Below, piece after piece: positions 24,390-35,022 of a stretch of 64,000 nt of DNA (position 1 is its first letter; each line of letters begins with the position of its first letter). Below the pieces are notes generated by a model. The model saw only the letters and a list, made by a program, of their open reading frames with translations, did no database searches and was not told where the DNA came from. A program made the translations under genes and the position numbers. The DNA is from Klebsormidium nitens (lineage: Eukaryota; Plantae; Klebsormidiophyceae), in contig DF237293.1 in NCBI GenBank assembly GCA_000708835.1, forward strand, positions 1-64,000, read 5' to 3'.

Positions 24390-25929
24390 GGCTGCTGTCG
24401 ATGGATGCTATAGATCTGTGACTTAAGACTGTGACACCTTGCAGGGGCTCAAATCAAATTGCCCCTTTCATAAGGCTGGTGCCAGTGGCAGCTCCTTCTA
24501 AGACTTGTGATTTGGCCCTGGCACTGGCATTGCCAGGGTGGGACATGCCATTTTCTAACGTCGTGTTTGCGCGCGAGCGCACGCGTTCAATTGAAAAATA
24601 AAGCTTTCAGAGCAAAATTGAAAATGAGATAATACCAGTATTCCTGAAACCCACCGTCGCAAAGCAGTCGGGGAATCAGCACCGATTGTTCAAAGCACTG
24701 ATCAAAGCATAGCACTGCCACTGCAAGCCCGTGAGGGCTGGAGCACCGGTCGGAAAAAGGTACCGGCGGAAGACAGTCAGCCTAGCTTGCGGCGGTGGAG
24801 CAGAGCTGATGTCAACAACCCCCTGACAATTAAGCACTCCCCCACTGCCACTGCCAGGGGACTCCAGCTGAGAAGGTTCCGGATACCGTAAACCGCCCAA
24901 AGTGGTCCGATGGGTTCCTAAACTGGACCCCTCTGGCAAAGCTAAATGGAAGTACGACGCCGAGACCAAGCTGCAACTTGATCAAAGACTGAAAGCTTAC
25001 GCTGCAGCTCAAATCCACGCTGGTTAGGTAACCCCTTTCCAGCAACCCCTAATCGAAGAAAACTAAGTTAGGGCAGGCTGTAAAGAGTTAACCTGGCACA
25101 GCTGGGCGTCCAGCAGGCCTCCCAACCTCAATATATTGCTTGAATTCCCACAGCATTTATCCAACTTATACAATCATTGAAACCCAGGAAAAACTTCGAA
25201 TTTGGCAGAGAAAATGCCAGGGTTATGCACTGAAGTGCAACCCTTCCCAGACAACCCCAATGGTTAAGCATAGGTACTCATTTGACCTTCTCACTGACCA
25301 GTGCCAAAGTTGCCCCGGGTCTACCCGGTAGACGGCGCTTTTGTTATCTTGACCAGTCTGCAATGTAGGCGGGTCCACTTTAGGACGCCTACCAAAATAC
25401 AAAACTTGATCCGTTGGTCGGGCGCCCAACCTGGTTTTGCTAACCATCCACTTTTCCGCACCCAACCAACTAATAAACCACTCACATTGGCATGTAGCCT
25501 ACGCTTTTCTCTCTCATTTGCAAAAAACAGAACGAGAAACGGCCAATTTTGGACCATTTTAGCGCCTGCACCAGATGTGCAAAATACAGAGGGGTCCAGT
25601 TATGGGTCTGCTACGGTAGCCTCGAACTGCCAGTGCGGAGCGCTCTTCGTGGGACTCGTCTTGGCATCAAGCTCATGAAAGAGAAGCTCGCAGGGCTGCC
25701 GCCACCAACCAGTAAACTGGCAGTGGAGGGCACTCGAAAGGAGCCATGTTGACGCAGCGGAAAGAATTGGAGCGCTACAAATTGTGGATCCGCCACTTTC
25801 GTCCGGTTAATGTACCTTATATTGGGTGGTACTAGATATACAACAAGCTCGTTGTTCCAACAAGAAAGGCGAGTTAAAACAGCAGGCACCTGATAGCTCT
25901 CAGCTCAGTAACCAAAATCAAGAAGCCTT

Positions 25930-26736
25930 ATGGCAGAGGCCGTCAGCATTACAGGGGCGATCAATGCAAGTACAACAGACACTTTAAGGAATGCCAGCAA
26001 CGCGACCAGCGGTATGCTCAACAGGACACGGCCGAGCTATATGCAAGATGCTGTTACGTGCTATAGTCTGCCCTATGGATGGGCAGGCTTCATCTCGCAT
26101 GTTGCATTGTACCTCTCTATATGGGCCAATGCCAGAAGGCAAGCAAAAGACCCAAAGAAAGGAAGGACATGGGGTACATACATGACAGTAGTGGGAATGG
26201 TGAGCAACATTGGTAGTACAATATGGGGTAGCCTGACATGTTCAACGCCGTGGATGCTGGTACTTGTAGCGGTATCAATCGCCGGTCTTGACCTCACCGC
26301 CTCTCTTTATGCTTTGAGTCGTTGGTGGAGTATAAGCTTTATGGGCACCAAAGGGACATCGAAGAATTTTTTCTACGCCTTCTCGTATTACTTGATTTTT
26401 GTGATAATAGGGACAATTGGAGCTGGTCGCATACATGCTGACTTTTGGGAGCATAGTTCGCTTGTGGACTACATAGTCCTTCCCTTCTTTATCTACTTGG
26501 TCATATGGATATACATTTGTTCTTTTTGTGCACTGGGTGCTGTGGGTGCTGGTGCGGCACTCGTCCAAGTCGTTATGTTTCTTGCTGGCTTTCTACATGT
26601 TTTCCTACTTGATTGGATTATTGCGGGCGCCATGGGCCGCATCTCAGGACTACCAGACCGCCGCGTTGACGCGGCTTTATATTGGATTCTACTCATAGCA
26701 AGGAGACTAGTCTGCATTGGATTGGTGCTCTTTTAA
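25930..26736 (+). CDS. Intronless uncharacterised multi-pass membrane protein, 268 aa
   Basis: Single ATG-to-TAA ORF with about 6-7 hydrophobic segments and an N-terminal region rich in N-x-S/T sequons. Motifs CYSLPYGWAGFISH and DWIIAGAMGRISGLP...AALYWILLIARRL. Confidence 0.75.
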   Translation: MAEAVSITGAINASTTDTLRNASNATSGMLNRTRPSYMQDAVTCYSLPYGWAGFISHVALYLSIWANARRQAKDPKKGRTWGTYMTVVGMVSNIGSTIWGSLTCSTPWMLVLVAVSIAGLDLTASLYALSRWWSISFMGTKGTSKNFFYAFSYYLIFVIIGTIGAGRIHADFWEHSSLVDYIVLPFFIYLVIWIYICSFCALGAVGAGAALVQVVMFLAGFLHVFLLDWIIAGAMGRISGLPDRRVDAALYWILLIARRLVCIGLVLF

Positions 26737-27056
26737 TGTAGGCTAGTATTTCCTGTATCTGTCACCAAGAACTGTCTAATACGGCACAGCCTTGCTCTTT
26801 GGAAGCGCCTGACTCTTCCCAACAGACCGCCTCTTCCGAATTCGAGATGTCCATCTATTCAAGAAGGCGGCTCGTTCAAGGCAACAGGTAGAATTGCTCA
26901 AATTCCAGTGGGCCAAGCTCATTTGGGCCAAGTTCGCATACATTGTTACATGACCAGGAATCTTTCTACCTTATAAAGAATAATACAAAGGTAACTTTCT
27001 TGGCAAAATACCGTCTTACTAGATTCCAAAGGAAAAATCTAGAGATTTTTGGTCTT

Positions 27057-27127
27057 GTGACTAGTTCAATTGGTTAGAGCACCGCCCTGCAAGGCGGATG
27101 TTGCGGGGTCGAATCCCGTCAGTCCCG
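27057..27127 (+). pseudogene. trnD: Decayed plastid-type tRNA-Asp(GUC) copy (probable NUPT)
   Basis: GTGACTAGTTCAATTGGTTAGAGCACCGCCCTG-CAAGGCGGATGTTGCGGGGTCGAATCCCGTCAGTCCCG matches the plastid trnD pattern (TAGTTCAATTGGTTAGAGCACCGCCCTGTCAAGGCGG...CCCGTCAGTCCCG). It lacks one anticodon base, has a damaged 5' acceptor strand and has GGGGTCGA instead of GGGTTCGA. Flanks are AT-rich. Confidence 0.8.
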
Positions 27128-28676
27128 TTCTGTTTTTATTAGTAACTCCAGTGTTTGTAGTATGTACTTCCATTTAGATTCTCAAATCTGTGGCAATGTG
27201 AGTCGGACCGTATGAGCGCATTTTCACCAACATGGATGTCGCAGCTCCGAAATGAGAGGGGCAGCTGTCCACCTTTTAGACCCTTGTGCACTATGCTATT
27301 AGTGTCTCATGTTTCGGTTCTGAAGGGCATCGTTATAAGATTCATGATTATACCTATACAGTGCACCAACAGCTCTTAAAATATCGTCTAGCTGGTACAG
27401 CCGCAGGTATGATTCCAACTTCCTTTACAGCAACTTGCGGACTGAGGGAGTCACTGAATTGTGATTATCTTCACTTTCAGAAAAGGTTCCGGCTGGCTTC
27501 CGGTTCTTGCAGCCCACGTCATAGAACCCTGCGCTCCATCATGAGTGTTGCGCACAGATCATAAAACGGACGTTACAAACCTTACTGTTAGTACTAGGTT
27601 CGTTGCATCATGTGATTTTGATCGAAAAGCATGCAAGTTGCATGTTGAGTACGATGCACCGCGTCCTGCCGCAGTATACGCTGGCAGTCTTTCGAATGAA
27701 CATTGTGCAATCAATCCAAGCCTCCGGACTTATAAGCGTTAATTGCAAGATGAGGATCTGACAGGAACCCCTCGTGCCTCAGACTTCAACAAGAAGGCCG
27801 GCCCGGCCCAATGACAATCCACCTCTACATCTCGATCTGTTGCATTGAGCTCATTGAAGAAATGCACTTGCAAACTTGCTCCAGATTAGTGAGTAGAAAA
27901 GAAAACCCTACAGTGCAATACAAAGTGCAGCTTTGCATTGAACTCAGTTCGAGTGTGATGTAAAGTGAGTTGCATAAGTAAGCACGGCCTCAAATCACAT
28001 AATTTACCGTTGACTGAATCCTGCCAATCGTTGGCAAGGTCACTTCATTGAAAGCCCACTGTGGGGCGCACGCTGACGGGCGCCGTTTCAGTGTCACTAC
28101 GTTCCCACCTCGTCTGATCCAACGTTCAATATGTACAAATGTTACCAGCAGCCTCAATCCCGCTGATCGACAACATATGGGGCTGAGGTTGCGTGCATCG
28201 CCAACTAATGCTCTTACTCAGTTTACCTTCTCCTTTCAATTATCACCTTGCAGCAACGTCGACGACCTGAACAGCAAACTTTAACCTCTTGCAGGTCACT
28301 TTGCAAATGCACGTTACACACTTACGCAACTCCAATATGTCCAGTCGAAGGCGGCTAACCAACCCACTGAAACACCGGAATCAAAAGGCCGCCGCCGCCC
28401 GTGCATGATCAGCAACTCAATCAAGAATCTATTCTGTCCAAATCCAATCTTTATGGAACGCTTTTGAAAATTCGCAGCCCGTTGGTCAGACGGCCCTCGA
28501 ACGCGTCTTCTCCTATCCAATTCGGACTGGTACATTTGGACACTTACAAACCCAGATGATCAGTGTGACAGCTAACAGTTTCGTGACAGTGTTCGTTGCG
28601 GAGTATCGTAGGTGGAACCTTCTCCGGATGCCACGTGGCCCCCTCGGATGCAATGCGTCTGTTTCGCTTCGCCCCT

Positions 28677-31600
28677 CTATCGCAGCACTGGCGTCGTCCT
28701 TCCGGGGGATCCCCCGACGCTGGCAGCTGCGGTCGAGACGGCGCCCATCAGCAACTGATACTGCTTCCCCCGGGACCACTCGTCGATTTCCCGGGCTCTC
28801 AACACTGGCAGGGGGTGGGACAGCTGTCGGGTTTGGGCGTTCCTGCAGGAAGCGAAGGTGAGATGTGAGTCAGAGGTTGACGTACGAGAATACTTGTGGT
28901 CGAGAAAGCATAGCCTGCTCAATGCTCGCTGCCGATTCGGACTTCATCTTTGCTCTCCAACTAGAGCGCAAACCCGCTCGAGAGCATCTCTTGACGTGCT
29001 TTCCAACTTGGATATGCTCGTCTGCACTTCCTTCCATGTCTCCCTTTTTACTATTCCTCCCATTCCTTCGTCCCAAATGAATATAACCAGCCACCTCGAT
29101 GAAGTGACAGGGCTCTCCAGGTTTGGCTGTGCCAGTGAACACGGGGCTTGAGAGCGAATTTACGCAGGTCCGCGTAACACAGCGCATAAAAACGGACTGA
29201 AGCGGAGACGCCCACACAGCCTCTTTGGGCAACTGGCTCCTTGGGTCAAGGAAGCGGAAAAGAATTCTCGTCAACAGGCGCACTTGGAGGGGGGAGCAGG
29301 TAGCACATTCGAACTATGAGAACGAAAATGTATCCGCCGAAAGTCGTAGGCGGAAAGGGATCGCGTTCTTGAGCCCTAGTCTCATAAGCCCGAGTCGCTT
29401 CAGCGCCCCCCTCTTGCTGACCCAACCTTTGAGCAACATACCAAGCCAGGAATGAAGTAACAAAGGACAAGTGGGACGCAGAAAGCGGTCTTCCTTGCTC
29501 TTTGGATATTTTACACATTGATTCCAAGAGTTTCTTCTCTGATTTCGAGAATTTCAGGGGTTTTATTCGAAAGAAGCTCACCTCAGGTACCACCCAAACG
29601 GGCTGTTGCTCGCCTCGTCGTACGAGCGGGCTTGGTTGAGAAATGAGTCGACGTTCAAGTCGTCCGCAAGCGACGGGCACCCCCCCGCCAGCTTCATAAG
29701 CACCGAAACAACCACCTTCGGATCCTGCACGGTTCGAAGCAAGGAGTCAGAAGGGACGGGTGGGAGTTGCTCAGAATGACGGTAGCTTTGCTGTGCTCTG
29801 GGCGCTCGGAAGTGTGGCAAGATTGGCGGAAACGTTCCGTTGATGGACAGCTGTACCGAACCAACTTCCTTGATTCGTGCAAGATAAAAACCGGCAGAAT
29901 CTGATATAATAAAAGCTTTTCGCGATTTGATGTGAGCCCATCTGAACCGAGCGTCCAAAAGCAAGAGGAGATCGCTCGATGCGCTTTCTCGAACAACTTC
30001 AGCAGCGAAAGGACTACTTTTGGGACCTTATCAGGAACATATCTAGGGGAATGGAGGATTGGCTTGTATACTTGCGGGGCCTCGAAGTAAGTTGTGTGAC
30101 TACGGGCCGTCTAGAGGCGTCAGACAGACGGATTCATGACTGCCACGTTTATCAGCACCGAAAGAAACGCCTCAGTTCAAATGTTAGGATGGGAAGTGGC
30201 GGGACAGAGAAGTTGCGAACTACTCCCGCACGTATCTGACCGCCTATCTTTCGAACGTCGACAGAAAATAACGCCTTTTATAGTTCTGCTCAAATGACGG
30301 GGTTTCGGCAAAGAGCCAAGATAAATGGAGCGAATCAATCTACATAAATGGAGCGAATCAATCTACGCTCAAGAAGATTCGCTTCGAGGACGAATCTACG
30401 GCCGTCTGAAAGAAAGACGGCTGATTCGCGGGGCTCAAAAGGCAGGACGTCACGATGATAGGAAGTGCTCAAAAGTGTGTATACCGTAGCTCTCGCAATG
30501 GTAGTAAGATAAAGGACAGGGGCGTAGTGAAGGAAGCTACAAACTCTCAAAACGTGAGATTTGACGGTGAGCAAGGAACAGCTTTGCGAAGCGCACATCA
30601 TTTTCGCCAGTTTCCCCTCACCAAAGTTCCATCATTTTTCATCTGCTGTGAGTTCCACAGCCAGCCCAGAAACGCTGCTACGAGCGGGTGCTTTGCGCTC
30701 AAAGAACCATCGAATGGGGAAAGGGCACGTGGCAATCACCTGTGCCACGAGAAGCGCCGCCCGGTCGCACGTGAGCTCCGCAGCGCGCAGCCAGCGCATG
30801 AGCTTGTCCTCTAGGTTAGCCGCAATGAATCGGCCCAAACCTGCAATAAACACAAACGTGCTTTTTTAAGCTAAGTATGTCGGACAGGCTCAGGGGACCC
30901 AACAATCGCAATGCAAAATGATGATTGGAAGGGAGGAGGGGCCCAGAGCGGATCATTCCCGGTGCGGAGTGCAATCAGCCAAAAGTTGAGCACTCCGATC
31001 CGTCACGACTAGAGCTCGACTCAAGTCAATAAGCAAGGAGGGACTTGAGATGCGTCCTCGGAAACATATAAAAGTGGTCGAAGAACAGAAGGACAATCAA
31101 AGCGGATGATCAAGAGGTGGCTGACCTGGGAGCGACCCCGCTGACATCGCGAGGACGTTTGCAAACGTCAGCCAGACCCCGTGGTCGCATTTCAAGTGGC
31201 CCATCTCGTGCGCCAGCACCGCTTGCAACTCCGCTGGCGTCAGCAACTCGACCAAACTCGTGTGAACGACGATAAACGGTTTCCGGCCCGCGATCGCGAG
31301 CGTGTATGCGTTCGGGGTCGGGTTTTGGCGAATGTAAAGGTCGGGTGCGTCCATGTCGAGAATGTCAGCGGCCTCAGTTAGGAGTTTGTAGACCCGGGTT
31401 AACTGCAGATCGGAAATGGATCGAATTGGCTTGACCAGGGGTTGGAGTAAAGGCTTGAACGCAGCAGCCTCGATTTGGCAGTGGTTGAAAACCCAAATAA
31501 AGCAGCGGAACCCTCAAGTCTTATAAAGCGTTATTGCTATTTCAAGAGGACGGAACCTCCTGGGATAGAAAGTTGTGACTTAAAAAGAAAGCGAAGGCCC

Positions 31601-33336
31601 CCCAGGAGTCAAAGGAGCAAGCAACGTGCCAAAAACTTCAACTTGCAGCTTGAAGAAGCCAGGTTGGCTGCGAGTACTGAGGACGACTTGGAAAAGAAAG
31701 AAAGCTGCGTGTACAGCTTTATCAATAGTATTACATTCGTTTGAACCCTCCGTCAAATAATTGCAAAAACCGAATGTCCGAATCTTGCCAAAAACTCGAA
31801 TCGTATAGAAGGCAGTTGCACTTGCTTTTGCACGCTCACGAGGAACCAATTGCTGCTGCGCTCTGACAAGACAAGAATCACCCGAATGTTCAGCCTCCCA
31901 AGATCCATACGAGTGGCCAACTTTTCAGACCTCTATAAAGGAAACCCACTCAATGTTTGTCCGGCACACAAGATGAAACCAAATTATGCCAACCAGTTGC
32001 AAAGTAGAGACCGAAAAATGCAATGATATCGTGCATTGAAGGAATGGACTTAATGAATTCAGCAGTCAGGGGCACATACCTGGTGCTCCCCAACCCGCAC
32101 CGACGTGGCGATATTTTCGAGGAGTAGCACTTGCTCCGCCACAGGACTAAAGAGCATCTTTGCAATCTCCTGTATCCCAGGAAAAGCGCGGAGGATCGCC
32201 GTGTTCTGCAGGCACGGGGGGGGCAATGGATAGAGAAGACTGAGATCGCGATTACACTTCATTGAGAAGGCTTGGTAGACGAATTTCCTAGTCTTTTCAT
32301 AGAATCTCCTGCATAGGATCTCCTGTTCTATGTGTGGGGACAGATTTGGTACATTCACTGTTCACAGACTCAAAGCAGAAAGTTGGAATCACTGATTTTG
32401 ACAAGAAGACCTGGAGTCCAAGTCTCCCAAAACTAGCCACAAATCGCTATCCAGCATTTTGTTGAAATGCATAAGCAGAGAGTATGAATAAGTTCTTACT
32501 ACTGGAGTTCTTATGAGTTCTTAAACCTAGTGGACAACTGAACAAGCTTAGGAGGGCGCTGAACATCTGACAGCCCATTAAACTGGCATTCAGTTAATAT
32601 ATCAAAAGAAGCACCACCTCGTGGGCTTGCGAGCCGGTAAATCTGCTAAATGAAGTCCCACAAGCATCGCTTCAGGGCGGAAGGCATAAAGCGGCAGACT
32701 CCGTCAATCCAGGACAGCTCACATCTCAGATTTTCTAGAGGGGCACACCATAGCTCTGCTGACATAAGAGACTGAAAAAAGCTCAGCCAAACAGGAAGCG
32801 ACGATCTGAGCCTAATTCAACCCGTTCATTAAGTTGTCCAAGCTGTACATAATCCCTACCTGTCTATCCAATGGATGCTGGAACTCCGCTGCTTTCAATC
32901 CCTTGAATATCCGTGGCTGCTGTTCTGTGCGAGCACCACTGCTTTGATTCAGGTTCAGAGGCGCCTCATCAAGCACTGAGGCTGAAGCAGTAATCCTACG
33001 GGCTTGCCGTTGAGTCGGTTGCAAAGTCCTAGCTGGCGAGCTACCCCTTGGATCAAAATCAAAACCACTTCCGTAGAAACAGCCTCGTCCCATACTATTG
33101 CAGCTTACATCAGTGTGACTACTTGAGAATTTTGAGGTCAGATTCTGAACTTGTTTCAAAAAGGTCTGCTGGTCGTATCCTGAACACCTGATGCTTGGCC
33201 AACTGCTGAATACCTGACCATGATTCACATCATGTTGCTGTGTACCGCTTGTAGAAGCACGTGCACTATTTGCGGCCGCAAGGGGAGACTGGAGGGCCCG
33301 CATCTTTGCAGCCTGAAAGGCTGCGACCGGCGTCAT
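28677..33336 (-). CDS. PGM48: M48-family zinc metallopeptidase, plastid (plastoglobule PGM48-like), 429 aa, 6 exons (33336-32860, 32205-32080, 31402-31126, 30840-30740, 29724-29582, 28842-28677)
   Basis: Motifs FQHPLD, PNAYTLA, AVLAHEMGHLKCDH (HExxH), AELTCDRAALLV and SHPLPVLRAREID. Ser/Ala-rich transit-peptide-like N-terminus. Phases are consistent; the start codon choice is less certain. Confidence 0.88.
30321..30366. repeat. Perfect 23-bp tandem duplication in an M48 intron
   Basis: ATAAATGGAGCGAATCAATCTAC occurs twice in succession. Confidence 0.9.
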
Positions 33337-35022
33337 TTTATAGGGATTGACAACTCCAGTAATCGCCAAAGCTCTACGAGCAACAAGAAGGGGCTTGCAA
33401 CAAACTGCAGCACAGCTCAACCACACGTACCCCACAACGATCAACCGCTTGCAAACGGGGGCAATGCTTTTAATTTACTACTATTAGGACTCGAGCGAAT
33501 TGCTCTCTAAAATACTTTTGGGTTCTACTAGTAGGTATATCGGATTGCAGGGGTTGGACAAAGCATGAAGGAGACTGGTGAAAAGCACACACCGTTTTGC
33601 TGCTTGCAACTTGCAAGAGGTCTGAGCTGCGGTCGAAGAACAATGACGTCGATGGCGCGGCTTGCTTCGGTAAAGGTCAGCCAGGTGACGTACTGCCGGG
33701 ATCACGCCGCTTTTTGCCGACCCGGCACGTATCAGCCGTTGCTCGGCCTCCCTTTCGCCGTTCCTGTCAACGATGCGTGGTAACGGTAAAACACAATCAG
33801 TCGACGGTCGAGAGCGCGCCACGCTATTTTGTCTGACGGCCACGATGCAAAGACTCTAAGACCGTACTTTGCGGAGGAAGCAAGCACGTGCATAACGTGC
33901 ACCTCGGACCTCCGACTCGGACTCGGACTCGGAGATCGCCTCACTCCCGACAGGCACTGTTGGCATTGCACTGTTGCACTGTTGCAGTGCAGAACTGAGA
34001 ACGCAGTCGACCTTTCCATGTCCTGCGCCTTGCTCTATCCTACCTCTAATCGTGGATGATGTGGTATGTACCAGCCTGGCCCCGTTGACCGAGCACTGCC
34101 AAAGAGAGAAAGATGGCCGCGATCCAGGGAGCTAGCAATGCGGTACACGCTGATTATGAACGTGCTGGAAGAAGATAGCAGTTGAGCGGCACCCATTATG
34201 CATGCACAGCAGCCGAAAAAGGTGGGAGAGATATAGGCAGACAGAAAGGGCCGCAGCAGAGTGAATGACGCTGCGAGAGGGCAGAAGAATGTGGCACGCA
34301 GCGTGCGCGCCAGCTTAGTGTGATCAATGAGGCGAGTGCGAGAGAAGCTGGGGAGCAAGCTCAGTGGTGATAGTGAGCTGAGAAAGGTGCCAGCTTTGAT
34401 GCAGTAGAGGTGGTTAAGCTCTGTTGAAAGTGGTGGATATGAAACAGTTCACAGAGACGCAGCAGTTCTGCTGCAATGTGACGGGCTGTCCCATGGACCC
34501 AGAAAACAGCTGAGTTGGGCTTTGAACATGGTGTCAAGGTGCAAGCTTGGAAACAGCAGTTGGCAGATGACACCATTGTTTGGAGCTGCCGCGGTTGATC
34601 ACCTTGGGGTTGAATAGTGTTGGAGCTGACAACATCAGGAGAGAAGGCAGAAAGCTGACAGCTCATTCAAAAACATGACAGCTTATCTGAAAATAGGGCA
34701 CTGTGTTTGTTCAGGAGCTAGTGTTTGCGATCAGCGAGACCCACAAGCGTTTGTGCAACTCTTCCGTGCGTTCGCTTCAGACAAGGCATCCCCTCTTTGA
34801 GGGGAAGCAAGTTTAGAGAGTGGGCAACGAGCTGTGACGTGTTTCATCACACGCCGCCTCCTCCAGTTGAACAAACACAGGGGCTGTTTGAGCGGAAAAG
34901 AGATCCAGCGACAGCGGAAGGAGGGGGGTGGATCATCACCGAGTATCAGGGAGGGGCCAGAGTAGTGAAAGTGGGAAACAATCTGCACTGCGAAAAGAGG
35001 GAGGGGGGAATTTGGTGCAAGC

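Noticed and set aside
24320-24860. Recurrent CACTGCCACTGC/GCCAGTGGCAG motifs and an 8-bp hairpin (CCCTGGCA...TGCCAGGG) near the BIO3-BIO1 start
   Set aside because: Short and irregularly spaced, with no terminal repeats or known element. It cannot be distinguished from chance without a genome background.
33900-33995. Short 6-8-nt tandem repeats between the M48 and rhodopsin genes
   Set aside because: Ordinary slippage-type microsatellites with no supportable function.
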